From an uncultured Bacilli bacterium (GTDB lineage: Bacteria; Bacillota_I; Bacilli_A; RF39; UBA660): a stretch of DNA of 64,000 nt. The notes under the pieces are model-generated. The model worked only from the letters and a program-made list of their open reading frames with translations, had not been told where the DNA came from and ran no database searches. The number at the start of each line of letters is the position of its first letter. The stretch's first letter is position 1. A program made the translations under genes and the position numbers. This document shows positions 39,923-48,550 of the stretch, one piece after another. Location of the stretch: contig CAKOTD010000004.1 of NCBI GenBank assembly GCA_934120015.1, positions 5,338 to 69,337 of the forward strand, written 5' to 3'.

Positions 39923-41122
39923 ATGAAAAATATTTTATATGTACTAATACTATTTCTAATAAACATACCAAGAATTATAGGGCTAGAAATAAATAGCAAA
40001 AATGTTATCCTTTATAATATGAATGAAAATAAAGTGATATTTGAAAGAAATGCCAATGAAGTTATAAGTATTGCTAGCTTAACTAAGATTATGACTACTA
40101 TTGTGGCAATAGAAAATATAGATGATTTAGATAAAATGGTCACTATAACAAGCAATGATTATAAAGGTTTATATGATGCTTCTTTAGCTGGATTTTCAGT
40201 TGGACAAACTCTATCATATCGTGACCTTTTATATGGGACTTTTTTACCAAGCGGAGCTGAAGCAACCCAAGCACTTGCTAATAATATAAGTGGGTCTGTA
40301 GAAAGTTTTGTTGAATTAATGAATAAAAAAGCAAGTGAATTAGGTATGAATAATACACATTTTTCTAATACTACAGGTTTAGATGATAAGGATAATTATT
40401 CAACTGTTGAAGATGTAGCTAAACTATTAAAATATGCACTAAAAAACGATACCTTTTATGAAATATATAAATCATATACTTATACTACTTCATTTGGGAA
40501 AATATTAAGCAGTTCATTTAGATATACAGCTTATGTCAATAATTGTAGTATGCCAAGTATTATAGGTGGGAAAACCGGGTATACTGATGATGCAGGAAGA
40601 TGTTTGGCAAGTACAGCATATGATAAAAAAAATGCTATTCTTTATATGTTAGTTACATGCAGAGCAGATACTGATATTTCAAAAGCATATCATGTTAAAG
40701 ATACATATAATATTTATAATTATTATTTTAATAATTATAAATATCAGACTATTTTTGATAAAGGGGAAGTTTTAATTAAAATTAAAGCTAAAAATAGTTG
40801 GAATGATTATGTAAACTTTTATGCTGATGATAAAATTAGATATTATCTTCAAAATGATTATGATACATCTAAAATTAAATTAGAATACGAGGGACTTGAT
40901 GAAATAGATCAATCCATTAAAAAAAATACTAAATTAGGAACATTAAGTATTTACTACGATAATGAAAAAATAATTGAAAAAGATATAATTCTCAATAATG
41001 AATACCATTTTTCATTAATTAAATATTTAATTGGCAAGAAAGCATTTTACATTTTGATTTTTCTATTGATTTTTATTTTTATAAAAAAGATAGATAAACA
41101 TCTATCTTACAAAAATAATTGA
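39923..41122 (+). CDS. D-alanyl-D-alanine carboxypeptidase (S11, DacB/DacF-like)
   Basis: SIASLTKIM (SxxK), LPSGAEA (SxN-like), KTGYT (KTG), C-terminal TM anchor. Confidence 0.8.
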   Translation: MKNILYVLILFLINIPRIIGLEINSKNVILYNMNENKVIFERNANEVISIASLTKIMTTIVAIENIDDLDKMVTITSNDYKGLYDASLAGFSVGQTLSYRDLLYGTFLPSGAEATQALANNISGSVESFVELMNKKASELGMNNTHFSNTTGLDDKDNYSTVEDVAKLLKYALKNDTFYEIYKSYTYTTSFGKILSSSFRYTAYVNNCSMPSIIGGKTGYTDDAGRCLASTAYDKKNAILYMLVTCRADTDISKAYHVKDTYNIYNYYFNNYKYQTIFDKGEVLIKIKAKNSWNDYVNFYADDKIRYYLQNDYDTSKIKLEYEGLDEIDQSIKKNTKLGTLSIYYDNEKIIEKDIILNNEYHFSLIKYLIGKKAFYILIFLLIFIFIKKIDKHLSYKNN

Positions 41123-41278
41123 ACTGATATACATTGCAATAGTTGCTAGTAACAATATAATTACAACGATTCTTTTAATAACTGGTTTCATATAACACCT
41201 CAAATATATTATAATATATTTTATACATTTATGGAATATTTAAATAATAAAATAATATATTTAAATAGGTGATAATAA

Positions 41279-41908
41279 ATGAAGCAAAAGTTGGACAAGT
41301 TTAAACAAAGCATTTTGATTAATAAAAATCTTTTAATTTTTTTAATAGTATTAATTTTTATAGGTATTATTTTTGGAAGTGTATTTGCTCTTAAAATTAG
41401 TGAGAATGATAAAAAAATTATTACTGATTACTTAGCAAAATTTATTAATGATATTTCTGAAAACAAACTAAATTACATAGATACCTTTAAAAATAGCATA
41501 ATAAATAATTTTTGTTTTATAATTGTTATATGGATTTTAGGATTTTCAATAATTGGAATTCCTGTTATTATATTTATGTTTTTCAATAAAGCATTTATTA
41601 TAGGATTCTCAATAGCTAGTTTTATAGTTAATTACGGATTTAAAGGAATATTATATTCATTATTATATTTACTCCCTGGAATTTTATTATTTTTAATTGG
41701 TATAACGATATTAGTGATATATTCATTATCTTTATCTATAAAATTACTAATGTCAGTTATAAAGAAAAAAGAAATAAATTTTAGAAACATATTTAATAAA
41801 TATTTAGTTATATTAATAATAGTTGTTATGATAGTATTATTAGTTAGTTTATGTGAGGCATTTATTATGCCGAGATTATTTAAACTAATTATAAATATTT
41901 TTAAATAA
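41279..41908 (+). CDS. spoIIM: Stage II sporulation protein M-like membrane protein
   Basis: 209 aa, 5-6 TM helices. Size, topology and the dacB-neighbour context fit SpoIIM. Confidence 0.6.
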   Translation: MKQKLDKFKQSILINKNLLIFLIVLIFIGIIFGSVFALKISENDKKIITDYLAKFINDISENKLNYIDTFKNSIINNFCFIIVIWILGFSIIGIPVIIFMFFNKAFIIGFSIASFIVNYGFKGILYSLLYLLPGILLFLIGITILVIYSLSLSIKLLMSVIKKKEINFRNIFNKYLVILIIVVMIVLLVSLCEAFIMPRLFKLIINIFK

Positions 41909-41981
41909 ATCATAATAATTTTATGTTATAATGTTTAGAAAGTTATGAGAATTTTAATGTAAATTAAAAGTCTTATAACGC

Positions 41982-42009
41982 TATTGTGCCAATTTCTGAT
42001 GGTAAAGTC
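41982..42009 (+). repeat. Left terminal inverted repeat of the element
   Basis: TATTGTGCCAATTTCTGATGGTAAAGTC matches the reverse complement of 44312-44340 at about 24 of 31 aligned positions with 2 gaps (aligned by hand). Confidence 0.6.
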
Positions 42010-42168
42010 GTATAAGGGGAAAGTAACTTTTAACTTTTGTTATAAACTATATGTTTTGTATAAATTATATAAATGAAAAGGAATAAAAAAGAACAAATAA
42101 TCAAATTTTGAATAGAATTCCCCTTACCCCATAAGAGTGATGACTCTTAAAAGTTAAATATATATTAG

Positions 42169-43305
42169 TTAATTAGTACAGAGTCGTCTAATATCATATA
42201 GAAAAGAATAACTGAAATTTGTAGAACCACACTTTTCACATTTAAAATCTTTAAATTTTCTAGATAAAGAAGAAACAAAATCTTTAGTTAAAATTCTAGA
42301 TATAAGTAATCTACAAAATCTAATGTTGTTTCTTTTATTTCTATTACTAAGTAATCCATAATGCTTTATTTTGGTGAATTTACTAGGTAAAACATGTAAA
42401 AGAAATCTTCTGATAAATTCATCTGCAGTAATAGTCATAAGTTTAATTTTGGAATTATCTTTATAATCTTTATATTCAAAAGTAACATTACCATTTTCAA
42501 TATTTTTAATTCTATCATTAGAAATAGCTACTCTAAAAGAATATCTACCAACATATTCAATTACATTTTCAGTTTTACCTTTAGGAGGTTCAATATAAGT
42601 AATCCAAGTTTTATTATAAAGAGGCTCTATAAATTTATTAAAAGATTTAAAGTTTTTAAGATTATTATTTAAAATAAGATTATTGAATTCATGTTTTAAA
42701 TAAAATAGAAATTTACCCTTAAATAAGGAACCTAAAACTTGAACTTTAAATAAATAATCATTACTACAAGTTATCCACTTATTATTTTTAAGTCCACCAC
42801 CCGTAACAATAGAATGAATATGAGGATGAAATTCCATAGTTTGACCCCAAGTATGAAGAATAGAAGTAATACCAACTCTAGCTCCTAACCATTTAGGATC
42901 ATCACATAATTCTAAAATAGACTCAGAGGTAGCTTTAAATAAAATGTCATAACAAATTTTTTGATTATATAAAAATAATTCATTCAATTCATAAGGAACA
43001 GTAGTAATAATATGAAAATACTTGGAGTCTAGTAAATAACTAGATTCATTTTGAATCCATTTTTCTCTTTTATAATTCTGACACATAGGGCAATGTCTGT
43101 TACGACAAGAATTAAATCCAAAATATTCCTCACCACAATCTAGACAAGTAGAAATATGATAACCTAATTCTTTAGTGCCACAGTTTCTAATTGAATTAAA
43201 TACTTTCCATTGTTCTTTAGATAAATTATGATTTTTAATATATTGGTTACCATAAAGATTAAATATATTTTGAATAGAATACTTAGACATTTTTAGTAAC
43301 CTCAT
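42169..43305 (-). CDS. IS91-family rolling-circle (HUH, Y2) transposase
   Basis: Zn-binding N-terminus CLDCGEEY...CRNRHCPMCQ, HUH motif FHPHIHSIVTGGG, tyrosine motif YVGRYSFRVAIS. Confidence 0.88.
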   Translation of the reverse strand: MRLLKMSKYSIQNIFNLYGNQYIKNHNLSKEQWKVFNSIRNCGTKELGYHISTCLDCGEEYFGFNSCRNRHCPMCQNYKREKWIQNESSYLLDSKYFHIITTVPYELNELFLYNQKICYDILFKATSESILELCDDPKWLGARVGITSILHTWGQTMEFHPHIHSIVTGGGLKNNKWITCSNDYLFKVQVLGSLFKGKFLFYLKHEFNNLILNNNLKNFKSFNKFIEPLYNKTWITYIEPPKGKTENVIEYVGRYSFRVAISNDRIKNIENGNVTFEYKDYKDNSKIKLMTITADEFIRRFLLHVLPSKFTKIKHYGLLSNRNKRNNIRFCRLLISRILTKDFVSSLSRKFKDFKCEKCGSTNFSYSFLYDIRRLCTN

Positions 43306-44140
43306 TTATTGGGGAATAAACATTTTTAAAATTTTCGGCCATATGTAGGTAAATAGAAGTAGTATTAATAGAAGAGTGACCCAATATATTTTTAAGTTCC
43401 CAAATATCACCACCAGCTTTAATAAATTCAGTGGCATAAGAATGCCTAAGAGTATGAAAAGTAATAGAATTATCCAAATTATTATTTTCTTTAATTTTTT
43501 GAAAGGCTTGTTTAATAGTAAAAGAATTTATGTGTGAATTTTTTGTTTTATTATATAAACCGGGGAACAAGAAATCATTGTTAATGATATTTTTATTTCT
43601 AAAATAATATGATTGTAAGAGTTTTAAAGTAAAATTAGGAAGAGGAGCAAACCTTTCTTTATTACCTTTACCAATAATTCTTATTTTGTGATCTTTACAT
43701 AAAATATCACTAACCTTTAAAGAGGCAACTTCAGAAATTCTAAGTCCAGAACCATAGGCAAGAATAATCCAAAGTTTATATTTTAAGTTGAATTCAGAAT
43801 TAAACATTTTAACGAAATCATGTTTTGATATTAATTTAGGAAATCTAGATGGGATTTTAGTTTGGGGTAATAAAATATTATTAAAATCAATATTAAAATT
43901 AACTAAATAATAATATTTAATAGCAGCCCGATTAACATTAATAGTAGCAGCAGAGCAACCAATATTAATGAAATTTTCTTTTAAATATTCTAAAATATCA
44001 CTTTCATTTAAATTTACTAAGTTTTTAAATTTGTAATAATTTTTAAACCTATTAATACAACTTAGATAATTAGAAATAGTTCTAGTAGAACAATTTCTTA
44101 GCATTAATAGATCTTTGACTTTTTGTAAGTCATTATTCAT
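43283..44140 (-). CDS. Tyrosine site-specific recombinase (phage-integrase family)
   Basis: GLRISEV (Arg I), HTLRHSYATEFI, LGHSSINTTSIYLH (catalytic Tyr). ATG at 44140 preferred. The 3' end overlaps the transposase start. Confidence 0.88.
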   Translation of the reverse strand: MNNDLQKVKDLLMLRNCSTRTISNYLSCINRFKNYYKFKNLVNLNESDILEYLKENFINIGCSAATINVNRAAIKYYYLVNFNIDFNNILLPQTKIPSRFPKLISKHDFVKMFNSEFNLKYKLWIILAYGSGLRISEVASLKVSDILCKDHKIRIIGKGNKERFAPLPNFTLKLLQSYYFRNKNIINNDFLFPGLYNKTKNSHINSFTIKQAFQKIKENNNLDNSITFHTLRHSYATEFIKAGGDIWELKNILGHSSINTTSIYLHMAENFKNVYSPINEVTKNV

Positions 44141-44311
44141 AAAAAATACCTTCTTTCTATAAATTGTCAAAACAAAATATAAAAAAAGGCTTTATTAAAT
44201 TAAAAAAATATGTATAATATTAAGTAAGCACTTGAGTTATATTTTGCTTTCGACGGCTTATATAATAAACTCATGTGCTTTTTTTGTAAATAGAAATTTA
44301 AACTAAAATAG

Positions 44312-44340
44312 AGACTTTTCGTCAGAAATTTGGTACAATA
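44312..44340 (-). repeat. Right terminal inverted repeat of the element
   Basis: The reverse complement reads TATTGTACCAAATTTCTGACGAAAAGTC. Confidence 0.6.
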
Positions 44341-44343
44341 TCT

Positions 44344-45453
44344 ATGGTGATTTTTGTGAAAAAAGTAGTAATTGGAATGAGTGGCGGAGTAGACAGCAGT
44401 GTTGCTGCTCTATTATTGAAAAATCAAGGATTTGAAGTTATTGGCCTTTTTATGCGCAATTGGGATAGTTCAATTAATAATGATTTTTTAGGAAATCCTA
44501 ATATAAATAATAATATTTGTCCTCAAGAGCAAGACTATAATGATGCACTTGAAGTTTGCAAAAAAATTGGTATTACACTTCATAGAGTTGACTTTGTTAA
44601 AGAGTATTGGGATTATGTATTTACATACTTTTTGGATGAACTAAAACGAGGAAGAACCCCAAACCCCGATGTTATGTGTAATAAATATATTAAATTTGAT
44701 ATGTTTGCTAAAAAAGCCAAGGAGTTGGGAGCAGATTATATAGCAACAGGGCATTATGCAAGAATTAAAAATGGTAAACTTTTAAGAGGAATTGATGATA
44801 ATAAAGATCAAACATATTTTTTAGCTCAACTTAGTAAAGAGCAACTATCAGATGTGATTTTCCCAATTGGTGATTTGGAAAAACCTATCGTAAGAAAAAT
44901 AGCTGAAGAAAATGGACTTATAACTGCTAGAAAAAAAGATTCTACCGGAATTTGTTTTATCGGAGAAAGAAATTTTAAAAAATTTTTAGAAAACTATCTT
45001 CCAAATATTCCTGGAGATATTATAGATATTGAAACAGGTAAAAAAATAGGGGAACATATAGGACTTATGTATTATACAATAGGGCAGAGAAGGGGACTTG
45101 AATTAGGTGGTAACTCTGATAAGTATTTTGCTGTAGGAAAAGATTTAAACAAAAACATTTTATATGTAGCACTTGGATCTGAAAATGAATATTTATATAG
45201 TACGGAAGCTGTTTTAGAAAGCGTAAATTTTATAACAGATAGAAAACCAAATAAGTGCACTGCAAAATTTAGGTATAGACAAAATGATATACCTATTAAT
45301 ATATATTATGGTGATGAAATTGTTGTTTCATATAATCATGTAAAAGCTGTTACACCTGGGCAATTATGTGTGTTTTATGATAATGAAGAATGCCTAGGTA
45401 GCGGTATTATTAAAGAAGTTAGAAAAAATAATAAAAAAATTTGGTATTTATAA
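44344..45453 (+). CDS. mnmA: tRNA 2-thiouridine(34) synthase MnmA
   Basis: PP-loop GMSGGVDSSVAA, CNKYIKFD, conserved C-terminal barrel. Alternative start GTG 44356. No clear SD. Confidence 0.92.
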   Translation: MVIFVKKVVIGMSGGVDSSVAALLLKNQGFEVIGLFMRNWDSSINNDFLGNPNINNNICPQEQDYNDALEVCKKIGITLHRVDFVKEYWDYVFTYFLDELKRGRTPNPDVMCNKYIKFDMFAKKAKELGADYIATGHYARIKNGKLLRGIDDNKDQTYFLAQLSKEQLSDVIFPIGDLEKPIVRKIAEENGLITARKKDSTGICFIGERNFKKFLENYLPNIPGDIIDIETGKKIGEHIGLMYYTIGQRRGLELGGNSDKYFAVGKDLNKNILYVALGSENEYLYSTEAVLESVNFITDRKPNKCTAKFRYRQNDIPINIYYGDEIVVSYNHVKAVTPGQLCVFYDNEECLGSGIIKEVRKNNKKIWYL

Positions 45454-45518
45454 ACTATACTATTGGTTTACACTTGACATTTGACATATTAGTGGTAAAA
45501 TTAGTATAGGAGGTTTAT

Positions 45519-46307
45519 ATGGACAGATTAAATGATATACTTCATGAGCTAGGGATTTCAAAAGTTAAATTAGCTAAGTTTCTTGGAGTTTCAAGACAAA
45601 TGATTTACAATTATTTAGAATTAGATGATATTAATAAATGGCCAAAAGATAAAAAGGTATTGTTATTTAATTTACTTGGGGTAAAAAGTGCTGATGAAAT
45701 TAATAATATAAAAGTTGATACTGATTATATTATGTTGGTTGAAACACGCATTAATAGTTTGTTTGAAAAAGAAAGTCAACAATGTGATTTTAATGATAAT
45801 ATCGATATATATAATGGAATGTCAAAACGACAAAAAGAAGTTTTACATAATATTATAGAGTTGATAAAAGAAAATATGAATTCAGATGATGATAATGACA
45901 ATTCATATTATTCATATAAATACTTATATCATTTTCTACAAGCTATGAATTTATCTAAAGAATTGAAATATGTATTAGGATATTTTTCTAAAGCTAGTGG
46001 TGCAATAAAACCAAATGAATTTGTATTTGATGAAGATGAGCAATTTATATTTGAAAGCATACTTTTTTCAGCAATGACGCTTTATAATAATGGTGGTGCT
46101 TCAAAAACAAAATTAGTTGAAGCACATAAACGTTTTGAAAATCAAATAGAACACAAAATTGAAGAAAAAATGAGTCGTACACTTGAATTAAATGCAATAA
46201 AAGTTCAAGCTTTGAAAGAATTGGGTTATACTGAGATTAATGAAGATAATGCTGGTGAAGTTTTAGAAAAAATTGTTGAAATTCAATCAAGAAAGGTTAT
46301 GTCATAA
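45519..46307 (+). CDS. HTH-domain protein of unknown function
   Basis: N-terminal XRE-like HTH (LGISKVKLAKFLGVSRQMIYNYL), then a 200-aa helical acidic domain. TTGACA / TAAAAT promoter upstream. Confidence 0.55.
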   Translation: MDRLNDILHELGISKVKLAKFLGVSRQMIYNYLELDDINKWPKDKKVLLFNLLGVKSADEINNIKVDTDYIMLVETRINSLFEKESQQCDFNDNIDIYNGMSKRQKEVLHNIIELIKENMNSDDDNDNSYYSYKYLYHFLQAMNLSKELKYVLGYFSKASGAIKPNEFVFDEDEQFIFESILFSAMTLYNNGGASKTKLVEAHKRFENQIEHKIEEKMSRTLELNAIKVQALKELGYTEINEDNAGEVLEKIVEIQSRKVMS

Positions 46308-46333
46308 AGTAACATAATTATTACACATTTTAT

Positions 46334-46362
46334 AAAGAACAGCTAATTGTTCTTTATTTTTT
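46334..46362 (+). terminator. Rho-independent terminator
   Basis: AAAGAACA-gctaat-TGTTCTTT followed by ATTTTTT. Confidence 0.75.
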
Positions 46363-46375
46363 AAGGTTTTATTAA

Positions 46376-46403
46376 ATAATTTATAATGTATAAAAGGGTT
46401 AAT
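46376..46403 (+). other. Hybrid dif-like site (attL): XerC arm + central region intact, XerD arm degenerate
   Basis: ATAATTTATAA-TGTATA-AAAGGGTTAAT. It shares the 16 nt TAATTTATAATGTATA with the site at 55822-55849; only 5 of 11 positions match in the right arm. Confidence 0.7.
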
Positions 46404-46476
46404 TTTAAGTTACTTTTTAAAAAACTATATGAATTAAGGCTAAAGTAGGGTAGACTTTTTGAAAAATATATTATAT

Positions 46477-46501
46477 AAAAAAAGAAACCATTTATGGTTT
46501 C
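46477..46501 (-). terminator. Rho-independent terminator of the leftward regulator operon
   Basis: On the minus strand: GAAACCAT-aa-ATGGTTTC followed by TTTTTTT. Confidence 0.7.
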
Positions 46502-46565
46502 ATCAGTTTTAATTTATGAAACAGCAAGGATTAAACCTTGTTGTTTTATTTTATAATATTTTGTG

Positions 46566-46778
46566 CTATTTCTTTTCTATAGTGATTATTAGATTATGTT
46601 TTTTTGCAATTTCCATTAATTTATTAAATGTAATTTTGTTTTTGTCTGTTTCTATCTTTGTAATGGAATCTCTTCCATAATTTATTGTCTGACCGAATTC
46701 TTTTTGATTTAATTCTGTCCATTGTCTAATTATTTTTATTGTTTCTCCTGGTGTGTAATTATTTGCTATTATTTTCAT
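46566..46778 (-). CDS. XRE-family HTH protein (second regulator of the leftward operon)
   Basis: 70 aa, IRQWTELNQKEFGQTINYGRDSITKIE HTH. Confidence 0.75.
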   Translation of the reverse strand: MKIIANNYTPGETIKIIRQWTELNQKEFGQTINYGRDSITKIETDKNKITFNKLMEIAKKHNLIITIEKK

Positions 46779-46779
46779 T

Positions 46780-46872
46780 TTATTTATTTATAAAGTTTAA
46801 TGTGTAATTAAATATTGTTATAAATATAATTATTCCACCTATTATCACTAATGCTTTTATAAATTTACTCAT
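46780..46872 (-). CDS. 30-aa hydrophobic peptide between the two XRE genes (below the ORF-track cutoff)
   Basis: MSKFIKALVIIGGIIIFITIFNYTLNFINK. Its ATG overlaps the upstream TAA (TAATG), and its stop lies 1 nt before the next ATG. Confidence 0.45.
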   Translation of the reverse strand: MSKFIKALVIIGGIIIFITIFNYTLNFINK

Positions 46873-47108
46873 TATATATCTTTCCTTTCTAAATCTTTGA
46901 TTTTATATTCTTTTTTTGTAGTATTATCTTTAAATATAATTTCGAAATTGCATTCTTTTGCTATTTGTTCTATTGTTTCATAAGTTGGATTACTATATTT
47001 TGTTTCATATCCTGATAATGTTGTTTGTGCCACATTTAGTAATTTTGCTAGTTGTATTTGACTAAATCCTTTTTGCTTTCTCATGAACCTTAACATTTTT
47101 CCAATCAT
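46872..47108 (-). CDS. XRE-family HTH repressor candidate (cI-like position)
   Basis: 78 aa, LRFMRKQKGFSQIQLAKLLNVAQTTLSGYE. Divergent from the structural operon. GAGGGGGA RBS. Confidence 0.8.
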   Translation of the reverse strand: MIGKMLRFMRKQKGFSQIQLAKLLNVAQTTLSGYETKYSNPTYETIEQIAKECNFEIIFKDNTTKKEYKIKDLERKDI

Positions 47109-47161
47109 TTTGTTTATTATTCCCCCTCATAAAAATTATTGCATTTCTCGTTATTTTTTTC

Positions 47162-47190
47162 TTGACTTAACGAGATACTCGTTATATAAT
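47162..47190 (+). promoter_or_regulatory. Rightward phage promoter with a palindromic operator filling the spacer
   Basis: TTGACT - 17 nt - TATAAT. The 17-nt spacer is the perfect inverted repeat TAACGAG-ATA-CTCGTTA. Confidence 0.75.
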
Positions 47191-47201
47191 GTTTTTAGAA
47201 A

Positions 47202-47218
47202 TAACGAATAACTCGGTA
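47202..47218 (+). promoter_or_regulatory. Second operator copy downstream of the -10
   Basis: TAACGAATAACTCGGTA matches the spacer palindrome at 13 of 17 positions. A further half-site CTCGTTA lies at 47147-47153. Confidence 0.55.
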
Positions 47219-47264
47219 TTTCTAACCCCTGAAAATAACTATAAGAAAGGAGTAGAGAAGAGAA

Positions 47265-47561
47265 ATGAAAGAAACAGAAAATAAGACAAGTATTATAGTT
47301 ACAAAGGTAGTTCGTATTGAAAAAATAAAGAAAACTTTAATTGAATATCTTATGAAAGATGTAAGAAATACAAATATTAAAGGTTCTTCAACACATCAAT
47401 TGTGGCTAGAAGGTACAAAATATTTTGATAATTTCAATGAAGAGAAAAATATGTATATTCCTTTGGATGCTGAATTTGAGTATGTTGTATGCAACAATGG
47501 ACAATACAGAATTTCATTAACTCAAATATATGACACTGATAGTTCATGCTTGTTGGTATAA
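47265..47561 (+). CDS. Hypothetical phage protein (first gene of the rightward operon)
   Basis: 98 aa, AAGGAG RBS. No motif. Overlaps a 66-aa ORF (47530-47730) in another frame. Confidence 0.55.
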   Translation: MKETENKTSIIVTKVVRIEKIKKTLIEYLMKDVRNTNIKGSSTHQLWLEGTKYFDNFNEEKNMYIPLDAEFEYVVCNNGQYRISLTQIYDTDSSCLLV

Positions 47562-47796
47562 CCCTAATACACAAAGCTTTTACATGAAATATTATAGATT
47601 TTCGATGTTTAGTTTTGTTGGTTTTACTAATACATTTGGTCATCGTATTGTAAGTTATTTGGTTTACTACCCTCCTCTAGGGAAATTTATAACTTATGAA
47701 TACGCTTATAGCTTAGTGTATAAAAGATAAATTTGTTAAAAATGCATTTTTATATATATGAATAAAAGAATAAATAATAAAAAGGTGGTGTTAAAT

Positions 47797-47982
47797 ATGG
47801 AAGGAATGGCTACATCAGCTAATATCACATCAGTTCTTGAAGTGTTAAAAACTATTGCGGTATTTATTTTAGGTTTAGTATCTGAAATTGTTAACGTAGT
47901 AATAGCAAGCCCTTTACTATTAATTCCAATTGGAGTAGTAATGCTAAGAACTGTTATTTCAGTATTTAGAAGCTTATATTAA
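47797..47982 (+). CDS. Small hydrophobic protein, coat-protein candidate
   Basis: 61 aa from the ATG after an AAAGGTGG RBS. Two hydrophobic stretches and a basic C-terminus (RTVISVFRSLY). Confidence 0.55.
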   Translation: MEGMATSANITSVLEVLKTIAVFILGLVSEIVNVVIASPLLLIPIGVVMLRTVISVFRSLY

Positions 47983-48056
47983 TAGCTATCTAAATTCCAT
48001 ATAGAGGCTAGTGTGTAAGCACTAGTTTTTATTTTATATATTGAGGTTGATTAATA

Positions 48057-48353
48057 ATGGAAAATTTAGAAAATTGCTTTTTTAGAGTATATGAATATAC
48101 ATTTACTTATCGTGGTGATAGTTATATAGCAGATTATTGTTCATCAGGTAAATTTGGCTCATATTGTGAGAAAGATGGTATAACTTACAATAATGTAGAG
48201 TATAAATCAGTTGTTGTTGGTTGTGAAGATAATAAATTTAATAATATTAAGATTTATGAATTTAGTTCTTTATTTTTGATTTTAATTTCCCTTTTATTAT
48301 TTTGGTATTTTTGGCATTTGATTTATAAATTACTTAAAGGGGTTAAAATTTAA
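48057..48353 (+). CDS. Cys-containing protein with a C-terminal TM anchor
   Basis: 98 aa. The soluble N-terminal part has 4 Cys; C-terminal helix LFLILISLLLFWYFWHLIY. Confidence 0.5.
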   Translation: MENLENCFFRVYEYTFTYRGDSYIADYCSSGKFGSYCEKDGITYNNVEYKSVVVGCEDNKFNNIKIYEFSSLFLILISLLLFWYFWHLIYKLLKGVKI

Positions 48354-48429
48354 TGATAAGATTTAGAACAAGAAAATTTTTATATTATACATTGAAGAGA
48401 TTAATAAAAAAAATATGGAGGTAGATTAT

Positions 48430-48540
48430 ATGAAAAAAATATTAGAAATAATCAAAGAAAACAAAGAAATAATAAATAAGGTACTTAATGTATTATGCAT
48501 TATATCAATAATTGTAATTTTAGTTTTAGCATTCATATAA
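48430..48540 (+). CDS. 36-aa TM peptide (below the ORF-track cutoff), coat-protein candidate
   Basis: MKKILEIIKENKEIINKVLNVLCIISIIVILVLAFI. A GGAGG RBS lies 8 nt upstream. Confidence 0.5.
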   Translation: MKKILEIIKENKEIINKVLNVLCIISIIVILVLAFI

Positions 48541-48550
48541 GAGGTGTAAT

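Larger units (their letters stand above)
41982..44340 (-). mobile_element. Tyrosine-recombinase + IS91-type (HUH-Y2) transposase element bounded by ~30-bp imperfect inverted repeats
   Basis: Two overlapping minus-strand genes (integrase, then transposase). The ends TATTGTGCC-AATTTCTGATG... (left) and, as reverse complement, TATTGTACCAAATTTCTGACG... (right) match each other. Inserted between spoIIM and mnmA. Confidence 0.75.

Noticed and set aside
41982-44340. The possibility that the integrase/IS91 unit is the integration module of the filamentous prophage.
   Set aside because: It is separated from the prophage by two chromosomal genes (mnmA and the HTH protein) and by its own inverted repeats. 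The prophage is bounded by dif-type sites, which explains integration without an element-encoded recombinase.
45519-46307. The 262-aa HTH protein as a prophage-encoded regulator.
   Set aside because: It lies outside the hybrid dif-like site (46376) and has its own promoter and terminator. It may still be a remnant of an earlier element, but nothing in the sequence shows that.
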